A stretch of 64,000 bases of DNA, taken from assembly GCA_977017645.1 (NCBI GenBank), contig OZ360223.1:29140001-29204000 (forward strand), read 5' to 3'. The notes under the pieces were generated by a model that saw only the letters and a program-made list of their open reading frames with translations, was not told the origin of the DNA and did no database searches. Both the position numbers and the translations under genes were made by a program. Below, one piece after another: positions 23,364 to 37,400 of this stretch (its first letter is position 1; every line of letters starts with the position of its first letter). This DNA is from Torpedo marmorata. Taxonomy: Eukaryota.

Positions 23364-26300
23364 GTGTGATGCAAATTCTTTGTGGTCGTGGAGCATGGCA
23401 GCGGTGTGTAGGTTGATGGCTGCGCAGTAACTCTGAGCTATGGTTGATCACACAGAGTATCCTGGGCCTGCGGACACGGAGGCAGTTTCACCGGACGGCG
23501 CCCGTCACCGCTCAGGTACGGGGTGGTGGGTGGGGGGGTCACCTTCGCATCTGCGAACACTGTTTTTTTACATTTAAAGTGGTCTCGGGTATAGTGGAAA
23601 ATAGTTGCATTTGCGACTTCCATCTGGGTGTCAACTTGTGGAGGCACCAGAGACTGCAGAAGGACCGACAGTCCGTTCCTCTCCATACATGGTGTCCGGC
23701 CCGCTGAGTTCCTCCAGATGTTTGGGGGCAGGGGTTTGTTAGTAAACCTGTGGCCGATTTCGGACTGATAGTAACGATAGGAGTTCACCTCTACCGCCTG
23801 GGAGGAGAAACGCAAGAAACTCCATCGAGGACATCTACAAGAGGCGGTGTCTTAAGAAAACGGCCAAACCTGCTTAATGTAAGGGCCACATACAAAAAAC
23901 TTCAGATGTTTGAGTGCTGCAAGACATGAAAAAATATTACATACACATTTTTACTCAGGCATGCATGTTTTGTTACAAAAGTTTTCTACAGATATTAAGA
24001 AATACATGTATGTAATAATATATATTCATGTACCAGGTGCTCCCCTACTTACAATGGTCAGACTTACGATTTTTCGAAGTTATGATGGTACAATAGCGTG
24101 ACTCGTTATTTACTTTCATGTAATACGTTAAAGTAAGGTCATCGCAAACATCGTTGATTTTTCCAATAAACATTGATAATTCCAGATGGAACTGCATAAG
24201 GTGGGAGAGAGGATAGCAGAAGACTTTATATATAAATGGGATAACAAATTAATATCCGGTGTGAAAGAAACCCCCCCTGTTTAAACACATAATTGATATC
24301 TGGCATAAAATAAATTATCAGATTGGGAATAAGGGGAGGTTATCTCCAAAAACACCCCTGGCTCAAAATAGGTGTATACCTTTTACAATGGATAATAAGA
24401 TCCTGGACGCCTGGTCCCGGAAAGGGATCAGATGTGTCGAGGATTGCTATGAGCAGGGACAACTTATGTCATTTGAACAATTAAAAAAATAAGCATGGTA
24501 TTATGAACAACACACTCTTCTGCTATTTCCAGTTGAGATCTTACTTGAGGGATAAATTGGGCCCATCAATGACCTTACCGAAATGCAGTGAAGTGGAGAC
24601 TTTGATCCGAAAGGAGAACACAAAGAAATTTATTTCAGCAGCCTATCTTTTACTACAAAAAGGAACCCCTAAACAGGGGCTACATAGATCTAGACAGAGA
24701 TGGAAATCAGACTTGGATATAATAATTAATGAACAAAACTGGTCCGACTTACGTCGGGACAGTATGAAAAATGCAATAAATGTGAGATACAGACTGGTGC
24801 AATATAATTTCTTGCACCAGTTGTACCTCACGCCACAAAAATTAAATTTAAATCAGAAATATCAGATAAATGTTTTAGATGCGGCAAAGAAATAGGAACA
24901 TTTTTACATTTATCCTGGTCATGCCCCAAGGTAAAACCTTTCTGGATGGACTGAGGGAAACTCTTAGAACAAATTACAGAAATTCAGTTCCCACAACGCC
25001 CAGAATTATTTCTATTGGGCAATATCTCCGGCGTAAGACCTAAGATGAGGCTGTCAAAATTTCAAATAAAATTTGTAGAGATCACATTGGCGGTGGCCAG
25101 GAAATGTATAACGGTCACATGGAAGTCCGATTCCCATCTAGGTATGACAAGATGGAATGAGGAAATGTACAGCTGTGTTCCTCTTGAGAAGATTACCTAT
25201 AATCTTAGAAATAGATATGATATATTTTTAAAGATTTGGACTCCATATTTACAACACATGACTGTAAATCTATAACCAGGCCCCCCCTCGCCTCCAGGAC
25301 CTATGTCTGTTTTCTCTTTTAAAAAAATCCGAGTATGCCAAGTAATTTAAGCCTGCGGGGTGGATGACGAACCTCCAACGTCTTCTTTCCTTTTCTACTT
25401 CAACCTTTTCTTTTTCCATTCTTCCTCCTTTCTTTTAGGGGGGAATTGGGTGGGTGGGTTTTTCTTTGTTTGTAATTTTGTTGTTTTTTAGTATAATAGT
25501 CAGCATACGAATATTATATTCGATGATGTATTATTTTTGTTATTGATAATATGTTTGGTTTAAAAAAATACAAATAAAATATTTTTAAAAACATTGATAA
25601 TTCCTCTAAGGTGAATTCTTTGTAGCCTCCTTGGTCAATCACTTTTAGTTCAGTTGGAAAGCTTGTAGGGACTGATACAGCGCTGTCGGGAGAGAGTGGA
25701 GCAGTGGGATCAGTGTGGAGACTGATACAGCACTGTCGGGGGAGAGCTGGGCAGTGGGATCAGTGTTGGGAATGATAAAGGGCTGTGGGGAGAGAGCAGG
25801 GCAGTGGGATCAGTGTGGAGACTGATACAGCGCTGTCGGGAGAGAGCAGGGCAGCAGGATCAGTGTGGGGACTGATACAGCGTTGTTGGGGGAGAGCGGT
25901 GCAGTGGGATCAGTGTTGGGAATGATAAAGGGCTGTGGGGAGAGAGCAGGGCAGTGGGATCAGTGTGGGGACTGATACAGCGCTGTCGGTGTTATACAAG
26001 GTATACCTGTATTTTTCGACTTAAGATGGGTTTGCCGGAACGTAACCCCATCATAAGTTGAGGAGCACCTGTATGTAGTTTTCAAACTGCAAATTTGCAT
26101 TAGTTTCTTTAATCAAAAAGTACACATATACAAACCAAATAATTTCAAAATCCTGACTGATTTTCTGTGGAAATCTCTGCCCAAGGAAGCAGTAGAGGCT
26201 GCTGCATTAAATATATTTAAGATACAGTAAGATAGATTTTTGCAAGGTAGTGGAATTAAGGGTTAAAGGGGAAAGGCGGAGCTGGGTCCATGGCCAGATA

Positions 26301-29300
26301 CAGCTGTGATCTCACTGAATGTGGGAGCAGGTTCGGCGGGCTGGATGGGCGACTCTTGCTCCTGTTTCTGATGTGTTCTCTTCGGGAACGCTGCTGTCAC
26401 TGGTCTCTGCAGATAGCTGCTCCATTGCAGCGTCCACAGCCGAGCGCACGATGCGGGAAGCGACCCGATGCAAAGCTGCCTCCTGCAGCAGGGCGAGGCC
26501 AGGGGACCCACAGCTCTGCTCCTCCTCGTCCCACCTTCCGGTCTCCTCTTCCCAGTCGCTGGCAGGATGGGGGGAGCGGAGGTTGAGGTATGGAGCCTTC
26601 TAACCTCTGTGCTGCCTGGTGCTGACTCGCCATACGGTGGGGTCAGGGCTTGCCCGTGGCCACTGACAGGCCCGTCACTGCTGCTGCCAGCTCCAGCTCT
26701 CTCCTGGCTTAGAGTCTATCTTCAAGGACACCCACCACCCAGGCCATGCCCTCTTCATACTGCTACCATCGGGAAGGAGGTACAGGAGCCTGAGACAGCT
26801 TCTTCCCTTCTGCCATCAGATTTTTGAATGAATAGTGAACCATAGACTCTATTTTTATTTTTCTTGCACTATTTTTATTTATTTTGTAATGTGGTTTATA
26901 TAAATGTTTGCTCTGTGATGCTGCTGCAAAACAAATTTCATGACATGTGCATAACAATAAATTCTGATTCTGAGATCCTGGAAGCTTGAGCAAATAATGA
27001 GAAGCTGGAGGGACTTGGCGTGTCAGGGCGGTTGGCTGTCCATGGGTCAATGCAATGCACAAAAGTGCTGGAGGAACTCAGCAGGTCACGCAACATCCAT
27101 GCAATAAGGTTGTCGACGTTTTGGGCCGGAACCCTTTGTCAGGAATGCTGAAAATCAGGCAAAGGCCCGAATAAGGTGGGGGGGGGGGTGTTGGGAGAGG
27201 CGCACACGCTTCCAGCTGATGGGTATATCGAGGTGGGAGGAGGAAGAAGCTGAGAGGTGATGGAGAAGGGTGTGGGGGGGTCAGAGGGCTGAGAAAGATG
27301 CTCACTGGGAAGGGAAGGGTGGGGAGCTGGAGGAAGGAAGGTGTGAGTGAATAGCAGAGGAAAGAGAAGGGTTCAGAGGGATGAGGGAAGGTGAGAAAAA
27401 GGGAGGGGTTACTGGAAATTGGAGGTTGATATTGATGCTGTCTGGTTGGAGATTGCTGAGACAGAATATGAGGTGGTGTTCCTCCAATTTATCTGTGGAC
27501 TATCTATGCTCCTCATGATTGTATAAATCCCCAAAAGATCACCCCTATGTCTCCTACATTCAAGTGAGAATAAATCTAGCTTTTCCAATCTCTCCTTACA
27601 TACAGCCCTCCATTCCAGGCAAAATCCTGGTGAATATTCCATGCACTCTCTGTTGCTACCATATTCTTCCTGTGGTGTGGTGACTAGAACTACACATGAT
27701 ACTCTAAATGCTGTTTCACCAATGTTTTTTTAAAAAAAAATTTTATTTTTCATTTTCAAAATTTTCACAAAACATTGGAATTTAGATAATCTGTTGCTTA
27801 TGTCCATGAGGTTTCCTAAAAGATACAACTCTGGGTCTAGTGGGAAGGCTACTCCCGTAATCCTAGTTAGTACATTAGCCAAATCATGCCAAAAGGGCCT
27901 TACCTTTGCACATGACCAGGTGGAGTGTAAAAAGGATCCAATTTCTATCCCACACCTGAAACACATTTCTGATATCTCTGGTTTTGACGTGTAGTTTTTG
28001 TGGTGTGAGATACAATTGGTGTAGGAAATTATATTGAACCAGCCTATATTTGGCATTAATGACTGCTGTCATGCTATCTAAACACCAGTCTGACCAGCAT
28101 CATTCACGAATTGTTGTTCCCAAGTCCGACTCCCACCTCTCTCTCGATCTTTGTAGGCCCGGCTTAGGGCTTTCGCTTTGGAGTACGAAATACATTCTAG
28201 ATATGAATTTAGGTGCATTTCCCAATCGAAGCAACTTTTCCATTTCATTACACCTAGGTGGGGGTCATTGTAGGACCCCATCTATCCCTCAAGAAGGACC
28301 TTAGTTGAAGAAAACAGAAGAAGGTTCCATTACACAAATCATATTTACCCTTCAATTTCTCAAAAGACATAAGTTGTCCTTTCTCATAACAGTCTTCAAT
28401 ATATCGGAGTCCCTTCTGGTGCCAAATGTTTAAAATTTTGTTACCCAAAGCCATGGGTATAGTTTTGTTTTGGATCAAAGGTGCCTTTGATGATATTTCC
28501 ACCTTTCCTCCAGTACATTCAATGATTTCCTGCCAAATCTTAATCATCTGTTTTAGAATGGGATTGTCCGTTCACCTAGATATTAATTTGGTGTTCCATT
28601 TGTAGATAAAATCCTTCGCTATTTTCTCTCCTATGGTGCGTAGTCCAATTTGGACCCATGAGAGGGGATCGTCCCCCTCGAAAAAGGATGAAAGAAACCT
28701 CGACTGAGCTGCTAAATAATATTTCTTAAAATCTGGTAATCGCAAACCCCCCCAAATTGTAATCCCATGTCAGCTTCTCCATGGAAACTCTGGAGACCTT
28801 ACCACTCCAGATAAATTGCCTTACATGTCCGTTAAATGCTTTAAAAAAGACCTGCGGCAATGGGAATAGCAAGGACTGAAAGAGGTATTGCAGTCTCGGC
28901 ATCACCTTCATTTTAATGCAGTTCACCCTGCCCACTAGAGTAATGGGCAGGTCCCTCCACCTAAGTAAATCGTCTTCGATCTTTCCAAGCATAGGGAGGT
29001 AGTTAAGTTTATACAAATTTTGCAAATCATTGTCAATCATTATTCCCAAATATTTAATACCCTTTGGTTGCCACTTAAAGCGACTCTTTTGTTGATATTC
29101 CCCGTAATCAAATTTTGTCAATAGCATGATCTCACTTTTTTCTAAATTGATTTTGTAACCCGAAATCACGCCGTAATCTTCCAGTGTGGTCTGCAACCTG
29201 GCCAAGGACTCTGCAGGGTCTGTCAAATACACAACACATCATCTGCAAATAAATTAATTTTATGTTCCACCTGGTCCACCCTGAATCCTTTTATGTCTGG

Positions 29301-31458
29301 GTCCCGCCTAATAGATTCTGCGAGTGACTCAATTGCCAAGATAAAAAGACCTGGAGACAGTGGACAACCCTGTCTGCTCGACCTACTTAAGGGGAATGTC
29401 GACGATATCTGACCATTCGTAATGATCTTGGCCCAAGGTTTGTAATAGAGCGTTTTTACCCAATTAATAAATGATTCTCCCAATCCAAATTTCTCCAGTA
29501 CTTTAAATAAGAAAGGCCAATCCAACCTATCGAAAGCTTTTTCCGCATCCAAAGACACGGCTATACTTGGGTCTGCCTTTGATTGTGCCAAATGTATAAT
29601 ACTCAATAGTCTGCCCAAATTGTTGGCCGAGTGTCTCTTCTTAATAAAGCCAACTTGATCCAAATTTATCAATTTTCGTAAATATTGACCCAATCTATTA
29701 GCCAATGCCTTGGCTATTATTTTGTAGCCCGCATTTAATAATGAAATGGGCCTGTATGAAGAAGGTTTTAATGGGTCTCTATTTTTCTTTGGTACAACCG
29801 TAATAATAGCTGTTGAAAAGGATTCCGGGAGAGTCCGTGTTTCTGCCGCCTGGTTAACTACATTCATAATAAGAGGCATCAAAAGATCCTTAAACTCTCT
29901 GTAGAACTCAGGCGGGAAACCATCTTCTCCCGGCGATTTATTTGCCTGTAGAGAACCCAAGGCTTTTTCAATGTCCTCTTCGGAGAATGGGGCACCTAAT
30001 TCCATCTGATCCTCCTGGTCCAACCTTGGCAATTCAATCGTGGACAGGAACTCATCTATTGTAGTTGAGTCACTTGGCGACTCTGACTCATACAATTTTG
30101 CATAAAACTGTTTTAAAGTGTCATTGATCTCTTTTGGATTGTACGATATCTTATCCGGTCCCGACTGAACTGCATTAATGGTCCTCGAAGTCTCCTCTGT
30201 CCTCAATTGCCAAGACAAAACCTTATGTGCTCTTTCCCCTAATTCATAGTATTTCTGCTTAGATCTTAAAATGTCCTTCTCCATTTTGTATGTTTGTAAA
30301 GTATTATATTTAATTTTCTTATTTACCAAAGTTTGATATTTATCTTTTGATCCTGACTGTTGGTATTCCTTTTCCAATTTTAAAATCTCCCCTTCCAAAT
30401 TGTTTATTTCCGCCATATTTTTTCTTGACATTTTTGGTGTATGAAATTATTTGCCCCCTTAGATACGCCTTCAATGTATCCCATATTAGAAAACTATTAT
30501 TAGTAGAGGGGCAGTTTGTTTCGCAAAACAAACTTATCTGACCCCTTATAAAACCACAGAAATCTGGTCTTTTCAACAGCGTAGAATTAAGGCGCCATCT
30601 GTACGCATTAGCTTGTTTATTTGGCATTACCATAGACAAAATCAAGGGCTTGATATTCCGATTCAAACACTCTGCCTTCTAATTGTGCAGACATCAGGAA
30701 ATAGTCAATTCTGGTGTAAGAATCATGGGGCTTTGAATAAAAGGAGTAGTCTCCAGCTTGAGAGTGCAACTGTCTCCATACATCTATTAGGTTTAAATCT
30801 TTCATGAAAGCGAAGGTTGTTTTAGTCACCCTGGCTTTCCTAACGGTCTTTGCCGATTTATCCAGAATGGGATCCAGACAGAAGTTAAAATCCCCACCAA
30901 TCAAAACGTTTTGTCGTCCTCCTGTCACTCTCAAAAAAAATATTTTGCATAAATGACTCATCGTCAAAATTTGGTGCGTAAAGATTCAAGAGTGTCCAGG
31001 GTTCTGAGTAAATCTGACAATGTACCATCACATATCTTCCTGCCGAGTCAACAACCGTGTCCCCAACCACCACCGGAACATTTTTATTTATTAAGATAGC
31101 TACCCCCCTAGCTTTGGAGTTAAAAGAAGATGCAGCTATCTGTCCCACCCAACCTCTTTTTAATTTGCTATGCTCCTGCTTTGTAAGATGTGTTTCCTGT
31201 AAGAAAACTATATCTGCCTGTAGTTTTTTAAGGTGTGCCAAGACTCTTTTCCTCTTTATTTGCCTGTAGAGAACCCAAGGCTTTTTCAATGTCAATGTTC
31301 AATCCATTAACATTAAAACTAAGAAATTTTATAGTCGTACTCATTTGAATATATGTACAGTTCCATCCCATTTTTATAGCCCCTTTGTATATTTTTTCTA
31401 TGGTGTGTCTGTCCCTTTTTACAATAATATATATATCTGTTCAGCACTGACGATGACG

Positions 31459-31489
<31 letters not shown>

Positions 31490-34400
31490 CCCCCGCGAAA
31501 AGACACCGCAGATTTTAAAAAATTTCCCTTCCCCTTGCTCGAGCACCAACATCAACACCCACTCCTTTGGCGCCATCAACCCCCTCAAGACGGGGTGCAC
31601 TTAGTGCCCTCTTTGGCATACTTAATTAACTAGCTAACCAGCTAACTTCGTACCGCCCAACTCCCCCTGGGCTCTTTGCCTCTTTATATTATTTACCTTA
31701 AAAACCATTATTTACACAATATAACACAACTCAGTATAACGATACTATTACAGAAAACAAAACCATCCCTCTTAACCAGCGTCCCACTTTAAGTTCAATC
31801 AAAGTCCTTCTTTCCTCCTCGTTCTTTTCTCCAAACCTTAGGATTTCCCCGGGAGGTCTCGATCAAAGTCCGCAGCCTCCCGGGGCGTCCCGAAGAACTT
31901 TCTGCCTCCTTCTGGTGTGTCGAGCCTCAGCGTCGCGGGGTGGAGTAGCGCATATGGGATCCCCTTCGCTCTCAGCTGCCGCTTCACTGTGTCGAACGCC
32001 CTCCGATGCTTCACCAAGGCCGCACTCAGGTTTGGGAAGTACCTTCTCCCCCTCTGGATCAATGGGCCCGCCATTTTCTCTCGCACGTGCAGTTGCCGCG
32101 CGCAGGATCCTCTCCCGGTCCTGGTAGTTGAGCAAACGCACCAGGACTGGTCTTGGTTGTTGGCCTGGGTCTGGTCGGGGTCCGGTGGGCCCTCTCTATG
32201 AATAAAGTTTTTTTAAAGTTTTCCTGGCCCAGGATCTTTGGGATCCACCTTTCAAAAAAACCCACTGGATCTTTCCCCTCCTTCAGCACAATTATCCTGA
32301 TATTATTCTTCCTCCTGAAGTTCTCCAGCCTATCAAGCTTCAACAAAATATTGTCTCTCTCCACCTTCCATGCCTCTCCTGGACGTCCTCCATTTTATCT
32401 TCAACCTCCCCCACTCGGGAAGTTAAAGCTCCAAACGAGTTCTTCAGCTCTCTAATCCCAGCTGTGAGCTCTCCAAACTTGGCGTCAAGCCCAGTAAAAT
32501 TGGCTTCGAGCCCAGTAATCTTGCCGGCTAGAGCCTGCACAGCTTGCAGGATATCCCACGATGTGGGTTCTGAGGCCCCATTCGCCTCTTCCAGCATCAT
32601 AATGGAGGTTCCCAAACCGCCGCTCCCATGAGGAGAATCACCCGTTGATATCGGCGACCTGGAGGCTTCTTCCGCAGAAACTTGGTGTTTTGTCTTCTTT
32701 CCCATATTTGAAGAGATATTTGTGTATTTAATGCTAAACTGACTGTTCTAAATGGCTTTAAATATCGATCTATTAGGGAGCCCTTGGGTCCGTGTCTACT
32801 CCTTATTTCCGCATGACGTGACCCCCACCCCGGTTTCACCAATGTTTTGTACAGTTGCAATTAAGCTGACATTTACTGTTGTGTACAAGAGAGAATCTCC
32901 ATAGAACCCCATAAAATTCTAATGGTACTCAACAGACTGGATGCAGATGCAGGAAGGATGATCTTGACTGGAGAGGCCTGAATCAGGAGCTGCAGCTTTG
33001 GGATATGGGCTATGCCATTTAGAACTGAGATCAGGAGAACTTTTTCCACGGGTGATGAACCTGTGCAATTCTATCACAGAAGGGAGTGGAGGAATCTTCT
33101 TCGTCCGAAGAAGATTTACATAGCTATCAGAGAGTGAATTGTTGCCTATTTTTCCATCTCTCCTGTGACTTTCTATATGCTCTGAATACAATTAATCTAA
33201 GAGAGTTTTAAAACATCTTGATATAGCAGCCAGCTAGACAAATGGGCGGCACGGTTAGCGTAGCGGTTAGCGCAACGCTAGTACAGCAGTGACCCAGGTT
33301 CAAATCTGGCGCTATCTAAAGGAGTTTGTATATTCTCCCTGAGTCTGCATGGGTTTCTTCCAGGTGCTGTGGTTTCCTCCCACCCTTCAAAACGTATGGC
33401 GGTTGTAGGTAAATTGGTGTAATTGGGCTGCACGGCTTGTGGGTTGGAAGGGCCTGTTACCGTGCTCTCTGTCTAAGTATACATTTTTTAAAATTTAAAC
33501 CGGGAGAGAGATAATATCTGAATGGAAAAAATCTGAATTCTTTCAAGTGAAATACCTGAAGCAAAATTTCAGCAGCTCTGAGATAAATCAACTTCCAACC
33601 AACATGACAAATTTCTCTTGCTTTTTCTGTCCCTTTTTACAGTATAAAAATAAAGCATTGTAATTGTATTGGCATGTGGTACTTCCAAATTGCTTTGTAG
33701 CTGATGAAGTACTTTTTGAATGGTTGTAACACAAGAAGCGGGGTAGCAATTTGTGCAGAGCAAATTCCTACAATTGAAAATGTGATAATAACCAGATCTG
33801 CTTTAATATTGTGGATTAAGGATAAATATTGACCAGAACACAGACCAACTTCCCTGCTCTTTTGTGCCATGGGATCTTGTCTGGCAACCTGATAGCATCA
33901 CTTTGCTGTCTCGACTGAAAGATTGTATCTGAAACAGTACAGTATTCCTCAGAACTGCATTCATCTGATTAAGTATCTTTGGGCTTGCTGTTCAGTGCAT
34001 TCATGTTGAGTAGATTAAACATTGTTCAACAAGGTGCAGTGATTGTTTTAAAAACTTTTTTTCCCCTCTAGTTGACTGTTCGAGATGCCCTCACCCAGGC
34101 CTTGGATGAAGAAATTGAGAGAGATGAAACAGTTTTTCTCTTGGGAGAAGAGGTAGCACAGTATGATGGTGCTTACAAGGTGAGGCATGGCTAATGTCTA
34201 AATTTTTATATATTGTAAGTCCTGAATGAAGCTATAAATAATTGGTGGTTGCATTATTACAGATAAGTCGTGGATTGTGGAAGAAATGGGGAGATAAGAG
34301 AATCATAGACACTCCAATCTCAGAGGTATGTTTCACTGTAAGAGTATTTAATGTTAAATTTTAATTTAATAACGTGGGATGCTAAAGTTGTTAATCCTTT

Positions 34401-37400
34401 CTTTCAGATGGGCTTTGCAGGAATTGCAGTTGGTGCTGCCATGGTATGTGTCTTCAATATTTTGTATGTATATTGCATTAGATGCATATAATTATATAAC
34501 TACAAACATCTTGTTAGAAAACAACATATGTTTGTTAAAGTTGCCATGGTTCTGGCTTAGATTGTCGCAGTCCACGGTGAGTCATTTGTGCTCACTGTTG
34601 ATCTCAAAACCCAGTTAAAACTAGCTTATTTGCACAGTTCAATTGGAGTTGGCTGGAGAAAAGTAGCCAGATCTCGGAGATGCGGCTCACATAGGCATTC
34701 TTCACTTGGGCCTCATCGTGGTTTGGGATGAGTGAGGTTGAGTGGACAGAATGATCTCCACTCACAAAATCCCTGAAAGATACTTTCACAGCCAGCTTAA
34801 ACAAGACTTGTGCTTGGTTGGCTGCTTGAATCTTTCTGACTCTGGAAATGTTCTTATTACAAAAAATTAAAATGTGAGAACTAAGATGCTTAAATACTGA
34901 ACTCAAATATTTAAGGAGGACACTATTGCTTGTTTTAATCCTTCAGTGGTTCTCCTAAAATCAATGGAGGGCCTCTCCCTATGGTAGGTTCAACCTGACA
35001 TCGGTTGTATGGGCTAGGGAGTTCACAGAACATTTGTGCTTTGCTGTTCAACTCTCGATGTCTAATTCCAGCCATCTGCATATTTGGGTTTTGAGTACGT
35101 GGAAATTCAAGCTTGTTGCACATAGAACCAACAGTTCTCAATAGAATCTGGCCCATTGTATAGAACTACAGGTGCCTTCATTTAAAAAAAGCATTGTTTT
35201 TCATCACTATGGATATGCTTCAGCTCTTATCCTTGCAACGATGAAGTTAAAACTTAATCATTCCAAAGAACAGACTGATGTACCTCAAACAAAATATCAC
35301 AATGAATTTGATGTATAAAATGATTATGTATATTAGAATACAAAATTAAAAATTCATATCAGGTTTTGTGTAAATGTTGTGCATGTTAATGTGTTTTATT
35401 ACACATGTCCTTGGGAAAAGCAGTCATTTAATGTTTACTATCTCCTCAGGGTGGCTTGAGGCCCATCTGTGAATTCATGACCTTCAACTTCTCAATGCAA
35501 GCAATTGACCAAGTTGTCAATTCTGCAGCCAAAACATACTACATGTCTGGAGGTGCTGTGCCTGTTCCTGTTGTCTTCAGAGGTCCAAATGGTTCTTCAG
35601 CTGGAGTGGCAGCTCAGCATTCACAGTGTTTTGCAGCATGGTACAGCCACTGTCCTGGACTGAAAGTGATTAGTCCTTGGAGTGCTCAAGATGCAAAGGG
35701 CTTGTTGAAATCTGCCATTCGAGATGATAATCCTGGTTAGTTTTTAAAAATGTTTTAATACGGGCCAATGATCCCGTGCCGCCCAAATATACCAAATTGA
35801 CCTACAACCCCCGTACGTTTTGAAGGGTGTGGGAAAACCGGAGCGCCCGGAGAAACCCCATGTAGACACAGGGAGAACGTACAAACTCCTTACAAATAGT
35901 GCCCAATTCGAACCCGGGATTCTGGCGCTATAACAGCGTTGTGCTAACCGTGTCGCCCTTCAAAATATTTTTTGAGAAGGTGGTAGATAACTTGTTCTAT
36001 TAATTCACTGAGAGCAGTTCATATGGAAGAATCAATTAGAAATGCTATTCTGTCCCTCTGAGTAAAATATGTTTTTAAAGTAGTACAGGTATACCCCGCT
36101 TTACGAAACTAGAGCGTTCCTACGGAACCTTTCGTAAGCCGAAATGGCGTAAAGCGAAGAAGCGATTACCATTGATTTCTATGGGAAAAAATTTTGAGCA
36201 TTCCCAGACCCAAAAAATAACCCACCAAATCACACATAAAACCTAAAATAACACGAACATATAGTAAAAGCAGGAATGATATGATAAATACATAGCCTAT
36301 ATAAAGTAGAAATAATGTATGTACAGTGTAGTTTCACTTACCAGAATCGGGAAGACAGCGAGTTTTGACTGCCCCGCCGGCCGCCCTGTGACCGTCCTGC
36401 TTTCGTAAAAGCGAACACAGGTTTCTTCGTAAAAGCGAATTTGCGTAAAGCGAGTATTCGTAAAACGGGGTATACCTGTATGTGATTTTGTTGACTTTTT
36501 AAAGAAATAACAGATGCTGATTCTTCAAATATTAAAAGGGAAAGTTTGGGATGAAACTTTCACAGAGTTGTGTTAAGTAGGTTACATAAACATTGGGCCA
36601 CAAGTTACCAGGTCAGATCAGGAACTTCAAAGTCTTGAGCCTTGAATTGTGACTTTCTTGCTTTTTAATTGTAATTATTGGAGATTTTCTGAATTACTGT
36701 GTGCAGTAGTACTGGAGAAAGAGCTTCTTTAATCTTTCTTGTACTCCAAGAAAGTCTGCATTTATTTTTCATCCACAAAGCCATCCACTTTTGTAAATTG
36801 GATCTTTTTAAACTTTTACTTTACATCCCTTCCCTATAATCTTTGGCAATGGATGCATATGGCTATTACATGTAAAATGTTGAAAACCACATCTTGCACA
36901 TGTACTCGTAAGGTACGTTGACTATTTATTATCTTCCAGTTGTGTTTCTGGAAAATGAACTGATGTACGGTGTGCCCTTCGAAGTTTCTGAGGAAACCCA
37001 ATCGAAAGACTTTGTTATCCCAATAGGAAAAGCCAAAGTAGAAAAAACAGGTAAGTAAAAGTATAGTCAGAACATCTTAACAACAATTTTGATATCTTTT
37101 GTTTGCTCTTTTAAATCTGGTTCTATAACTTGGTGAATGTTTCAGTTCTCAGCAGAATAAAACATGACCTGTCATCATTTTGCTGGACTTTGGTATGATT
37201 TCTAAATGTTTCTGATGCAACTCGTAACTTGCCTTAAGTAACACAAAGTGCTGGAGGAATTCAGCAGGTCAGGCAGCATCCGTGGAAAGCAAGAGATAGT
37301 CGACCTTTCTGGCTGAAAACTCCTCGTCAGGTATAGGAAGAATTGGACGGACGCCCAAATAAAGGGGTAGAACAGGGAGGAGCACCAGCTGGAAAGTGAA

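Larger units (their letters stand above)
24034..26071. mobile_element. Tc1/mariner (Tigger-like) non-autonomous element, interrupted by an L1 and a minisatellite
   Basis: TIRs CAGGTGCTCCCCTACTTAC / ATAAGTTGAGGAGCACCTG; TA target; the empty site is visible in the related repeat at ~51535-51550. Confidence 0.8.

Noticed and set aside
25667-25990. Second CRISPR-like array
   Set aside because: Contiguous degenerate 50-bp tandem units without unique spacers, inside a DNA transposon
33244-33320. tRNA gene
   Set aside because: A tRNA-like SINE head without a full cloverleaf, continuous with a SINE body found several times in the window
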